Below are positions 44,479-57,646 of a DNA stretch of 64,000 nucleotides, in pieces (the stretch's first letter is position 1; the number at the start of each line of letters is the position of its first letter). The stretch is taken from assembly GCF_009914755.1 (NCBI RefSeq), contig NC_060945.1. The stretch is one strand, 5' to 3'. This DNA comes from the human T2T-CHM13v2.0 reference genome, Homo sapiens. A program made the translations under genes and the position numbers. The notes below the pieces were generated by a model. It was given only the letters and a program-made list of their open reading frames with translations, had not been told where the DNA came from and did not search any database.

Positions 44479-45620
44479 GTATTTTAACTTTTATGAAATT
44501 AGGAGATAATTATCAGAAACCATGTATTTGGTGACTAGATTTTTAATTTCAAATTTGCTTTGAGTGATTTATAATTTTAGGAGTAGTTAATATTGTGTGA
44601 ATAGTTTTGAGTTTTGCTTGAAACTAAAAATCTATAGTAGACTTTAAAAAATTATTCTAGTGTTTAAAATTAAATATCTCATTGTCAACAGGTAATGTTC
44701 CTACTGCTGAAAATAGATACAAAGTTAAATGAATATAGTTTTGACCTTCCTTTTTGCATGAAACTAAAGATTACTCTTGAGATTTTCATTAAAATGAATG
44801 GTATCTGAGTTTTTCTCCTTAAAACAGGATACAAACTCAGCTGCCTACCAAGTCTTCTCAGCAGCTTCGTAAAGGAGGAAATTGTGTCAGGTGTAAGATG
44901 GTATGTGCCGGGAGCCTAGAGAGCAATCTGTGTGTACAGGGAATGAATGCCATTCCATACCAGTGGATGGTACCATGTATGAGTATGGCCTCACTGTTGT
45001 CTATTGATTTGGATCATTTCTAAAAGACGTCAGAATCTGGACTGAGAAATGTTCTACAGGCCAGACAGAAATCTAAAGGCTGAAATGTCACAAGTCATTT
45101 CAGTTTGCAAACCCCAATCTGCTCTGCATTCCCCTATTTTAGGAATTTTCAAATTAGTAGTCTAAAACTTCTTACATCAAATAGTATATTGTATTTTAAT
45201 GATTTTTATTCTTAAAAAGTATGAATAATCATATTGAAACATGATTAGTGGTAAAAGATAGGAGGATAGTACACATCACTGTCTTGATCATGAGACCAGA
45301 TGCCAGATCTAAAAATAAAAACAGTCTCAGGAGATGTCAGTTTTCATCTTCCTATTGAGTTACAATTTAGAACAGCATTTACAGATTATAACAGTATATA
45401 CTCACATTCAGTCCCAATCGGCCTTGGTTTCCTGTCTTTGGGGAACTTTTAATGTTTTTCTTAAGTGTATATTCAGTTTTACCATCTTCGTTTTAAAGCA
45501 AATGAATTTTATTGCTGAGGAAGTTTTATTGAAGTATCGTATCACGTTTTATAATAATAATAAAGGCCCAAATATGCTGTATATAGAAATAAAAGCATTT
45601 GTACATTTTATGATTAACAG

Positions 45621-45782
45621 ATATTTAAGCTATGGTTCCGGTCCCAAACGATTCCCCTTGGTAGATGTTCTTCAGTATGCATTGGAATTTGCCTCAAGTA
45701 AACCTGTTTGCACTTCTCCTGTTGACGATATTGACGCTAGTTCCCCACCTAGTGGTTCCATACCATCACAGACATTACCAAG
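45621..45782 (+). CDS. USP25: USP25 exon ~13
   Basis: taacag|A TAT TTA...CCA AG|gtaaaa; 162 nt; [19 protein letters not shown]...SQTLP. Confidence 0.95.
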
Positions 45783-46393
45783 GTAAAAAGTAATCCTGAT
45801 GCAAGAGACAGTTGTTACCTTTATTACACAATAATGTAACTGCTGCCTTTAAAGACAGTTTCTATAAAATGTATGCTTTGATTTACTTCAGTGAACTCCT
45901 AAGAGTAGATTCACTTAGAAGACTGTATGTCCTCTGGGAGTTTTTTTATTATTTCAGTAGATTTTATGGTTATGGATTAAAATTTTAATCACATTTTTTT
46001 TCAGTTCAGAATTATACTTTAGCATGTTTTGGTATGTACATATATAAGATTCAGCATTTTATGATCCATAAAAATAGTACTATCAAATTAGAATTTGTTT
46101 CTGTAATGTAAGCTGATAAGCCAGGGAAAATAATATCACCATGCGTAAGATTTTCTTGTTTTTTAGAAATAAATATGATTAAGCTGTTTTAACTCTAAAG
46201 CTACAACTTCATCTTATAATAATTTAGTTCTTATGTATTAAAAATCTCATTTGGATGTTAGATCAATCCACATATTTCTTTAAGATTTTTTCTTTTGAAT
46301 TACAAGCCAATTTAATACTGTGGGTTTGGCACGATCTTTGTCAAGAGTTTCAGCTTGAAAGGTTAATAAGAAATACTCTATGCTTTGATACAG

Positions 46394-46620
46394 CACAACA
46401 GAACAACAGGGAGCCCTATCTTCAGAACTGCCAAGCACATCACCTTCATCAGTTGCTGCCATTTCATCGAGATCAGTAATACACAAACCATTTACTCAGT
46501 CCCGGATACCTCCAGATTTGCCCATGCATCCGGCACCAAGGCACATAACGGAGGAAGAACTTTCTGTGCTGGAAAGTTGTTTACATCGCTGGAGGACAGA
46601 AATAGAAAATGACACCAGAG
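46394..46620 (+). CDS. USP25: USP25 exon ~14
   Basis: atacag|C ACA ACA...AGA G|gtaaga; 227 nt; [10 protein letters not shown]...[14 protein letters not shown]...ENDTR. Confidence 0.95.
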
Positions 46621-47169
46621 GTAAGAAGTGTCTCATAGCATGGTTACTGTCACCTCAGATGGATATGTGTAATGTTAATATTGAGAAGGGAAATCACGTC
46701 TGGATTTTATATTTAAATATTATAGTCATTTTTCTTTTCCAGAAAGGGTTTTAAGATAAACTAGTTTGGCTCCCCATTTTTATAATCTCAATATCAGGTT
46801 CACAGGGACCAAAAGATTTTCCCTGGATTGCTTAGCTGATTAATGACATAGCAGATGGCCTGATTTTCTAGTTTGCTGCTCTAAATTTATATCAAACTGG
46901 TATTCACAGTTACTCCATTGGAGAAATGTCATACAATATCAATGTTTGTACATATCAATTAGGTACTAAATCTAAGTTTGCACAGGGAGTTCCGGTGATT
47001 AAAAAATTTTCTTTGGGCTTAAGAATTAGAAATGTGAATTTTAATTTTTAATAGCTCTAACAGATTTATGAGTATCTATGATCCCATTACTAGTCTGTAA
47101 CAGAGTTTTTACTGGCATGCAGCAAAATAAGAAAAATAAGGACAGTGCTCTGGGTGGGGTGTGTGCACT

Positions 47170-47172
47170 TGT

Positions 47173-47222
<50 letters not shown>
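47170..47222. repeat. (TG)n microsatellite with two CG interruptions; alternating purine-pyrimidine tract
   Basis: Direct reading. Confidence 0.95.
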
Positions 47223-47223
<1 letters not shown>

Positions 47224-48067
47224 AAGTTGCCATCTGTCCTTTCTTGGAAGGAACTCTCTTTTATTCTTTTCTATTCTATTTTTTCTTTTTTTTCAGAATA
47301 AGTTATTCTGAACTTTTCTCTTTCCTACTTTGCTGCTGTTAAAGTGTACTTAAAAAAATGGATTATGGTAGATTTTATTACATTTTTTTCCTTAAATGTG
47401 AAAATATAATTCCCTATTATCATTCCCCAATTTTATGCTGATTTATTGATTTTTGAAAAAAATGAACTATGTGACATGGTTGGAATTATATTGAACAATA
47501 TTGATTGTTGGATATTATATGACCAACTTAACTCTTTATAGACAATATTTGAAAAAGAATGGCCCTAATTTAGTAAGAAGTACATAAGGTATGATGGTGA
47601 CTAACAGCATTAGTAGCTGTCAAGATTTTCTTTAGTATTTTTCAAATAAGAGGGAATTTTTAAAAATATTTGAACTCATTAACAAACATTAATCAAGCAA
47701 ATAGTGTTGATGAAGCACTATATTAGGCGTTGGGTAATTTTCTACTCCTCATGGCAGGTTGTTTTTAAAAGATTACATTCAGAGGAGTGGAAGCTAGGAA
47801 GCTTTTGACACCTAAGTAGTGGCATTGAGGGAGGGAAGAAGTGAATGTACTTAAAATACTCTTTGGAGACAACTGACAGATGTGGGTCATTGGCTAGAGG
47901 TAAGAGAGAGGGACGAATCGAATGATTCTCTCAGTTCATAATGGTATGAATAACCAAATAGAATGTATTTTGGAAAAAAGGTAAAGCAGTGGGCAAAGAG
48001 GTTCCCACTCAGGGGAGGAAAGAGAAATATGATGAGTTCTCTTTTGGCCATTTTAAGTTTGAAGAGC

Positions 48068-48353
48068 TTTTTTGAGACGGAGTCTCGCTCTGTCACCAGG
48101 CTGGAGTGCAGTGGCATGAACTCGGGCTCACTCCAGCCTCTGCCTCCCAGGTTCAAGCGATTCTCCTGCCTCAGCCTCCCAAGTAGCTGGGATTACAGTT
48201 GTGTGCCACCACACCCAACTAATTTTTGTATTTTTAGTAGAGATGGGGTTTCACCATGTTGGCCAGGGTGGTCTCAATCTCTTGACCTTGTTATCCGCCC
48301 ACCTCAGCCTCCCAAAGTGCTGGGATTACAGGCGTGAGCCACCATGCCTGGCT
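48068..48353 (-). mobile_element. Alu (AluSc-like), antisense
   Basis: ctctgtcaccaggctgg and tctcttgaccttg diagnostics. Confidence 0.92.
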
Positions 48354-48585
48354 GTTAAGATTTTTATATGTAATACTATGGATCAGGAAAGAAGGTTTTC
48401 CTCAGGATATTTTTTTTCTTTCTTTCATCCATATTGATGTTAGCAGTTAGCATTATTTTGTAAACTATTGTGTAATATTCCAACACACGGGTATGATGTA
48501 ATTCATTTAATTCCCATATTGATATTTCCTAAATAGTGCTGGTCTTCGATATACATATTTATACACTTCTGTAAGTAGGATATGT

Positions 48586-48778
48586 TCTTTTTTATGTTCA
48601 GGGGTACATGTGCAGGTTTGCTATAAAGGTAAATTACATGTCTTGGGGGTTTGGTGTAAGATTATTTCATCATGCAGGTAATAAGCACAGTACCTGATAG
48701 GTGGTTTTTCCATCCTCACCCTGCTCCCACCCTCCACCCTAATGTAGGCCCCAATATCTGTTGTTTCCTTATGTCCAC
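48586..48778 (-). mobile_element. L1PA13-16-like 3' end, antisense, within older L1ME-like sequence (~48440-49330)
   Basis: tcaggggtacatgtgcaggtttg...ggtaataagcacagtacctgatagg...cccaccctccaccct. Confidence 0.8.
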
Positions 48779-49947
48779 CATTTCTGGTTCAGAGTGTGTA
48801 TATTTTAAATTTTGACGACTGTTTTAAAATTGTCACTCCAAAACATTAAACCAGTTTGCATTCCCACTGTGTGAGAGAGCCTGTCTCCCAGTATCCTCCC
48901 TAGCCCTGGACACTTTTTAGTAGTTTTTCACAATTGAAAAACTGGTATTTTAGTGTTTTGATTTGCATTCCCTTAGCTTCGAGTGAAGTTGGATATTTAT
49001 ATTGTTCTGTAAATTTCTTGTTTGTGACATTTGCCCATTTTTTAAGTATTGAGCTATTTGTATTTTTCTTATTACTTAATAGAAAGTTTAATGTATTGTG
49101 GATATTAACACTTTACCTATAATATCACATATGCTGCAGATATTATTTTCCCAGTTTTTCATTTGATTTTATGTTGGTTTTGTTTTCTTTTTATAATGTA
49201 GATTTTTTAAAGTGTTGGGCAGGGAGGATCTTATCTTTTCCTATAAGGTTACTAGTTTTCTGACAGGCTTAAGACAGGTCTTTCCCCACTCTAAAGTTAG
49301 CCAGTTTCTTTTATAGTTTTTCAAGGTTTCTTCCTGATTGGTTCAGCAGCTTCACAATATGATGTGGTTACAATCTAACCGTTTCCTTATTGACAGATAT
49401 TTAGGTTATCTCTTTTTTAAAAATTATTGTGGACAATATGACTGTGAACATCCCTATCTGAACAATTTTGTAGGATTATTTTCTACTAGAAGTAGAAATA
49501 ATTGTCATGGGAGTGCCATAATTTTATTTTCACTGGTGATTATAGTCGATTTTTATTCAGTTATGTGTGTGTACAAGATATGTGGTGAACATGTTTTACT
49601 TTGTTCTTAAGTTTACTTGTGTTATAGCAATATGTAAGGAAGCTTAGCTTTCATTTTCATTGAAACTCTCCTTTATAGATTTGAACAAAATTCACTTTTA
49701 TTGGCTCTGCACATTTTCTAGATAAATCATATTTGTGTTGTTTTTAAAGTATGCATTTGTACTGTGTCTTTTATTAAGAATAACTATAATTCATTTTCTA
49801 CAGATTTCAAATGGTAATGTTTTTTAAGAAAAGTTTTAGGAAAATTTTCCTATTCCTCTAACATGTTTGTAGGAAAAACATTAGTCCTTATCTTATAAGT
49901 AGAAACACATTTGCTGTTAATCATTAAATGACACCTTATATCCTTAG

Positions 49948-50018
49948 ATTTGCAGGAAAGCATATCCAGAATCCATCGAACAATTGAATTAATGTACTCT
50001 GACAAATCTATGATACAA
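49948..50018 (+). CDS. USP25: USP25 exon ~15
   Basis: ccttag|AT TTG CAG...ATA CAA|gtaagt; 71 nt; [23 protein letters not shown]. Confidence 0.95.
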
Positions 50019-50817
50019 GTAAGTGAAATTTTGAGCTAGTAATCATTGTCAAAATTATTTACATATATTTTAATTTACCTTTACATTATCTTAATCTAAT
50101 TTTTCTTTACATGTTTTGTTTTAAAATTTTGGCAAATCTTATTGTAAAATAATAAGGGCTTGCAATATGTACAATGTGACAGTTCATCTGAATGGGGAAA
50201 CTTTTATAACAAATTTATAACAAAATTCATGACAAGTTTTCCCCATTCAGTTGTATTTTCACACCGTATGTGTTGTGTACCCTTACTATTTTACAGTAAA
50301 ATCTACCAAAGTTTTTCAAAAGGCTATAGCATCTTTAAAAAGTCTTATGGGAGAAAATCTATGGTTGTTAAAGGATATTAAGATTTGGGAAGAAACTTAA
50401 GGACTCCATTACATTTTAACTTCTGGTGTATATCATATAATCTATTTTGTTAACCGTCAATTTAGAATTCTGAAGATGTAGACACATTTGCTATATGTAA
50501 AACTGCCCACTATAAGCTTTTTATTCAAATAAACAATTAGGCCAATGAGTATGTACACAATAAATACATTTTTAGTTTTTCAAAAATCATCTTTTTAATC
50601 TATCAACTTTGCATATCTTTAGCTTATTCAGATTCCGTCTTTTTAAAGTTTTATAGTTTAGTTTTTTTCAAACTTTTAAGCCCAGCCAGTTCTCTCTCAT
50701 TTAAAAAAAAAAATGCTCTTATGGTTTTCTCCAAACAGGTTGTTTGTGGGTTTCATGGAATGTGGTATATAGTAAACTACATAATTGCAGTTTAACTCTT
50801 CTTTTTTTCACATTTAG

Positions 50818-51046
50818 GTTCCTTATCGATTACATGCCGTTTTAGTTCACGAAGGCCAAGCTAATGCTGGGCACTACTGGGCATATATTTTTGATCATCG
50901 TGAAAGCAGATGGATGAAGTACAATGATATTGCTGTGACAAAATCATCATGGGAAGAGCTAGTGAGGGACTCTTTTGGTGGTTATAGAAATGCCAGTGCA
51001 TACTGTTTAATGTACATAAATGATAAGGCACAGTTCCTAATACAAG
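50818..51046 (+). CDS. USP25: USP25 exon ~16 with His box; catalytic His607 codon CAC at 50872-50874
   Basis: atttag|GTT CCT...CAA G|gtaaga; 229 nt; [23 protein letters not shown]...WMKYND...AYCLMY. Confidence 0.96.
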
Positions 51047-52153
51047 GTAAGAATATATAGGGTGGTGTGTATTTTTAAATAGTCATAAAAGTGGCTCTGG
51101 TATGTGGTGTGATTAGTTAAGTGTAATTCACTCAGACGATGAAGGATGTGGTTAGGAAATGCTACTGGGTTTTGACAAGACTGAATTGAAAAGTAATGTC
51201 GTCAGGGCTAAGAATTCGTATATATTTTGTATTCCAAGTCAACTATTAAAGGTAAATATGACCTTTTTCGTCCTTGCTAAAAATGCTTTAGTGACTGTTC
51301 CACAGATTGACTCACATTTAATATTTAATTCCTTAGCCTAACATATATGGCCTCTGTTCTTGGCCTCTGATTATCTCCCCACCTTCATTGATCACCAGTG
51401 TTCCTTTTGAATTTATATCCTTACTGAACTTCTTGCTGTATCTGCTCATATCAAACCATTTCACACATTTATGTTTGCATGTTCGTATATGTTTTATTTT
51501 TTGCTAGTAATTCTTTTGCCTAATTCTTGTTTATCTGTCAAGATTCAATTCAGGTGTCATTTCCCCTGCAAACTATTTCTTGATCTGCCAAAAAGTATCT
51601 CTCCTTATGCTGTCCTGGCATCTGTCTACTGGGCATTTACTGTTGTGTATTGGAACTGTGTGATGACTTGTCTTGCACATTTCTCTCTTATCTGCTCAGA
51701 GCCAGAGATCATGTCATACTATGTCTGAATCTTTTTAATGCTGATATTCTGATATATGCTTTGCATATAGAAAATAATAAAGGTTTATTGAAACTGATAA
51801 AAATAATCTTTTTATATTTAGTCATTCAGAATCAGCTAGGCAGTCCACTTCTGACTAAAAAAATGAAGTTATTTTTCTGTGTGTGTAGTAGAAGTTCAGT
51901 AATTCTTCTGAATACTCTATTGTTTTTAAGATCTTGCTATATTAATTTTCATAATTGCATATTTAAGTCTACTTAATTTCTTCATATGACAAACAATTTT
52001 CATTTTATTTTGAGCTAATAAGGTTAACATGATTATGAGTTGTTTACATTTTGTGAAAAGTTTTACTTTTTAAGTGATCAAACATCTGGTATTTTCCAAT
52101 AGTGGCAGAAGTAGTATTACATCACTGTTAGAGTAGCAAAGAAAAAAAAAAAT

Positions 52154-52541
<388 letters not shown>

Positions 52542-52764
52542 TTATCAAATATTTTCATCATTGTTTTTCTGAGCATTTGTTTGAGTTTTAAAAAGTTTTG
52601 TAGATAATAATTATTTGCTAAGCAATAGTAATTCTTAAGTAATATGATTGGCTGAGTGGTAATAATTCATAGTTTAAATTCTATTTGAAATGCAGTCTAT
52701 TTTGAGCTTTGCATTTTCCCTTTAATTCTTAATTTTATACTAGTTTTTGAAATATGATTTGCAG

Positions 52765-52965
52765 AGGAGTTTAATAAAGAAACTGGGCAGCCCCTTGTTG
52801 GTATAGAAACATTACCACCGGATTTGAGAGATTTTGTTGAGGAAGACAACCAACGATTTGAAAAAGAACTAGAAGAATGGGATGCACAACTTGCCCAGAA
52901 AGCTTTGCAGGAAAAGCTTTTAGCGTCTCAGAAATTGAGAGAGTCAGAGACTTCTGTGACAACAG
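52765..52965 (+). CDS. USP25: USP25 exon ~17
   Basis: ttgcag|AG GAG TTT...ACA G|gtttgt; 201 nt; [10 protein letters not shown]...RESETSVTT. Confidence 0.95.
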
Positions 52966-53284
52966 GTTTGTCCATTTTTATTAAGTTGTGTTTGATTATC
53001 AATATTATTTTTATAATAAGATATGCTCATTATTAAAAAGTTTTAGCTATCTTAAAGTGTGAGGAAATCAGTAGAAATCATTTCAAATTCCATCACTCAG
53101 ATTATCACAGTTAACAATTTAGTTTACCTTTTTGCCAGACACCACTGTATATATTTATATGTTTTTCAAGATAAATGAGATAATTCTGTTGACTTTCCCT
53201 CTACCTACTCTGCCTGTGTTGGGTGGGCTTGAATTTTCTTGGCAAGTAGCAGAGAAAGCTGTGAAATCAGCAAGAAACCCAAAC

Positions 53285-53361
53285 CAATTCACTAAAGCTA
53301 TCAAGAGTATCAATTCAATAAAGCTATCAAGAGTATCAATTCAATAAAGCTATCAAGAGTA
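53285..53361 (+). repeat. 26-bp tandem repeat, ~3 copies
   Basis: caattcaMtaaagctatcaagagta(t) starting at 53285, 53311 and 53337. Confidence 0.95.
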
Positions 53362-55867
53362 GTAATTTTAAATTTGGCCAAAATAATACTACCGGTATAT
53401 TCATATATACTTTGTGCAATAGTAAAATACTACCATTAATAACTATTTGATGTTTTTCGGAATTCTTAAGATTAAGAGAAAATTGACCAAAACTATTTAG
53501 TATATCACAGGTAAAAAGTAAGTGTATAGACCTGTAAACCAAAGATATAAATGCATAAACATATAAATATTTAAAAACATTATTCTGAAATGAACTATTA
53601 GCTGATGAAATCAATAAGTCAAAGTAAACACTGTATAGGAATTAAGAAAATAGTTTCTAGTAAAATTGAAAATATATTGTCTTTTTATTTTCTTAAAAGA
53701 TTACTCTTCACTGAGTTGCAAATATGTTTTAGGGCAACATGTTTTCTGGTATAGAAAATGCTATTTCTCAGAGAAGCTATAAATTAAGCGCATATATTTT
53801 CCTCAAACTCATTTGTCTCTTTTTATAACTGCTAGTGGATATTATTGAATAACTTTTTTTTTTTGCAAGATCTGCATGTTTTGTGTTTTAAGGAAGTAGT
53901 TCCAGCTTTTGTTTGTTTAATTTCATCTTTCGCAGACAGAGGTTTCCTTGCAGCATTACCTGGTTGGGCTTCAGCATTATCATTTGAACTTTAGAAGGAA
54001 TTATTACTTCAATAGAAGATTGTTTTACAGTGCTACAATGTAGTATTGTGACTGTCGCAGGCATGCACAAATCTGTCCAGATACTTAACTTATTTTCATG
54101 TAGATCAAATAATTGTCGTTGATTTTGATCCTGAGAGGCAGATAATTCAGCATTTTTTAAAAAGATAATGGTATCACAGCAACATTTGGATACTACAGTG
54201 CTATGGAGAATACCACCATTATAGTGGCTGGTGAACTCTACCATTATGTAGGGCTGCACTTTTCCCCCACGTGTACAAGGCTACCGCGTAGAGCAGGTGA
54301 AGCTATGTGGGTCCACAACAATGTAGTTTTTAGTAGATGTCAAGAGGTATCTAAGCTCAAATCACAGTGTAGTAACTATATTATAGTTCCTTTCATTTTT
54401 AAAACATTTCTGTCCCTTTGTGATTTCATGCTTTGCATTCTGTACATATTCTTTCCAAATCACTCCTCAGAACCTGCCCCAAGATGGAGCTACTGTGTTA
54501 TTGTTCCCTTAACATTTACTTATTCCATTCACATGTGACTATTCTTGTTATTAGTGGGAGGAAGGGGCTGCATAGTGTACTATAAGCAGTTGTGGTACCT
54601 AAGCTCCCAGACACAGGTGAATCCTCCATTCATTGGTTAAGCTCCAGTTTTATTCTTGGCTCACCTATATTTTGTGATACCAAAATATTAAGTTCTATAT
54701 ATCCTCCTCCTCTTCATCCTGTCTGTTTCTCATCTCTCCAAATTTTCAGAGTTAACATATTTTATTTCTGCTTAGTCAAACGAATACATATTTCCAACTA
54801 ATATTCCTATCTATTAAGGACTAGCCTTGCCCCATCCTCATTTTACATTTGTCATCTTTTTTCTTTCTCTGTGAAAAGACCATGTGTGCATAACTGCATC
54901 CATTTTCATGATCAATACATCTGACCATACACTTTACATGGTGTTTTGTAATTTTTAAAAAATGCAGTACTAGGTATTGGACATATATTTTCATGTCTGT
55001 TTTTACCATGCAAAATAATCTTAGAATGTTGATATATTTCTGGGAGGAACCAGAATAAAAGATGAAGAGATGGAAATGGTCAATTCCTATTCCTAGATAA
55101 CTTTTATAGTTACCTTTCAGCGTGGGTTATTTAGAAAGCAGTGGTAATACTACTTCTGTAGGAAACATTGTATCCTCCATAGACTTGACGGAAATATGCA
55201 CTTGGTTTGAATTAGTAGAAGTAGAACATGCCAAGTCCATAAATTTACAGAGTGAGATTGTTGTTTAAAAGATTGGTTTCTATTACTGTTATCTTTGAGA
55301 TTATATTAAGAAATTTGTTCTCTGTTGCAGGATAGTTTCACATATCATAATTGAATAAGACTAATGTTTCATTAGAACCATTTATTCCCTATTATTAATA
55401 GGGAAATTTTATTTTAATGTCCATGCCATCCTCTTCTGATTCTTCTCATGGTTTTCAAAGTAAGTAATTTAATTTGGTATAATACTTCCAGGATCTCAAA
55501 GCAAATCTGTATTTTAATCTCTCAGGTGTTCACTAGTATTACCAGTGACTAGTGGAAATAATAAAAGGAAATCTTGTTCATAAAATCCAACAGAATGATT
55601 TTTTTCCTCCCTGCAAAATCTTCTCGTTAAAGCTGAAACATAAGACCTCATAAAATTCAATTTCTACTGAGTGATATTCCAATTAAGAGTACTAATTCAT
55701 ATTATATTAATCAAATTAGTATTTGTTCCTCTTCTGCTAAAATGTGATCGAGAAATTCATGCGTATCAGTTCACCAGCACCATTCGTTCCCTACTGAGAT
55801 AATAAATGATGGGAAAGTATTTTTTGGTTCATTTCATGCTGCTTCCCTAGATCTGCTTACTGCAAAG

Positions 55868-56849
55868 GCAAACTTACCTGAATACTTTTGTTGAGATTTT
55901 CAGCCAGCCATTCTTTGCTGTCAGTGTGGGGATCAGAATGAGTAGGGGAGCAAACTTACCTGAATACTGTTGTTGAGATTTTCAGCCAGCCATTCTTTGC
56001 TGTCAGTGTGGGGATCAGAATGAGTAGGGGAGCAAACTTACCTGAATACTGTTGTTGAGATTTTCAGCCAGCCATTCTTTGCTGTCAGTGTGGGGATCAG
56101 AATGAGTAGGGGAGCAAACTTACCTGAATACTGTTGTTGAGATTTTCAGCCAGCCATTCTTTGCTGTCAGTGTGTGGATCAGAGTGAGTAGGGGAGCAAA
56201 CTTACCTGAATACTGTTGTTGAGATTTTCAGCCAGCCATCCTTTGCTGTCAGTGTGTGGATCAGAATGAGTAGGGGAGCAAACTTACCTGAATACTGTTG
56301 TTGAGATTTTCAGCCAGCCATCCTTTGCTGTCAGTGTAGGGAACAGAGTGAGTAGGGGAGCAAACTTACCTGAATACTGTTGTTGAGATTTTCAGCCAGC
56401 CATCCTTTGCTGTCAGTGTGTGGATCAGAGTGAGTAGGGGAGCAAACTTACCTGAATACTGTTGTTGAGATTTTCAGCCAGCCATCCTTTGCTGTCAGTG
56501 TGTGGATCAGAGTGAGTAGGGGAGCAAACTTACCTGCATACTGTTGTTGAGATTTTCAGCCAGCCATCCTTTGCTGTCAGTGTGTGGATCAGAGTGAGTA
56601 GGGGAGCAAACTTACCTGAATACTGTTGTTGAGATTTTCAGCCAGCCATCCTTTGCTGTCAGTGTGTGGATCAGAGTGAGTAGGGGAGCAAACTTACCTG
56701 AATACTGTTGTTGAGATTTTCAGCCAGCCATCCTTTGCTGTCAGTGTGTGGATCAGAGTGAGTAGGGGAGCAAACTTACCTGAATACTGTTGTTGAGATT
56801 TTCAGCCAGCCATCCTTTGCTGTCAGTGTGGGGATCAGAGTGAGTAGGG
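55868..56849. repeat. Minisatellite/VNTR, 82-bp unit, 12 copies (last copy 80 bp)
   Basis: Unit gcaaacttacctgaatactgttgttgagattttcagccagccatYctttgctgtcagtgtgKggatcagaRtgagtagggga starts every 82 bp from 55868 to 56770. Confidence 0.98.
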
Positions 56850-57358
56850 TTTTTTTTTCTGAGTGTGAACAGCACACCCTACCTAAGGCCACTTAAGAGA
56901 CACTGGAGTCAGAATCTCTGGAGAAAGGATCTGATACAGTGCTATCTTAAAGAGATCTTCAGATAATTCTGAGGTTAAGCAGCATGGCTCTAGGCTGTAT
57001 TTATAAAACAGAAATTATGCTGGAGAGAAGAGCGTTGTCCGAGTTACTATTTTACTTATATTACTCTTGTCTTATCCAAGAAGTATCTGAAGTCCTTACA
57101 ATATAGCACACCCAGATTTCTTTAAAAAATAAGGAAACACTAGTGAAGATTGGAATGAAGTGTATTGCGTAAGGTTTTATAAATTTCTCTAGAGGAAGCA
57201 GGCAGAGTTGGCTCTGGAACTTCTCTACACTGTCTACAAGTTAAAAATAAGCTGATGTTCCAGGAGAGTACGGTTGGATCCTGAGAGTAAGACCTGGTAG
57301 AATAAACAGTATCGTCAGTGTTCTCAGATTCCTTGAAAGCAGGAACTAGGTGATATTC

Positions 57359-57646
57359 TTTTTTTTTTTTCTGAGACAGTTTCACTTTGTTGCCCAGGCT
57401 GAAGTGCAGTGGCATGATCTTAGCTCACTGCCTGCCGGGTTCAAGCAATTCTTGTGCCTCAGCCTCCTGAGTAGCTGAGACTACAGGCATATACCACCAC
57501 ACTGGGCTGATTTTTTTGTATTTTAGTAGAGACAAGGCTTCACCATGTTGATCAGTCTTGAACTCAAATTCCTGAGCTCAGGCAGTCCTCCCACCTCAGC
57601 CTCCCAAAGTGCTAGGATTACAGGCATGAAGCCACCATGCCAGGCC
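57359..57646 (-). mobile_element. Alu (old S/J-like), antisense
   Basis: PolyT, gagacag...gttgcccaggctg...ctcccaaagtgctaggattacaggc...caggcc. Confidence 0.9.

Noticed and set aside
47078-47342. Cys-Val repeat ORFs
   Set aside because: Translations of the (TG)n microsatellite
55868-56849. CRISPR-like array
   Set aside because: Units are contiguous and near-identical with no unique spacers; eukaryotic intron with no cas genes. It is a minisatellite.
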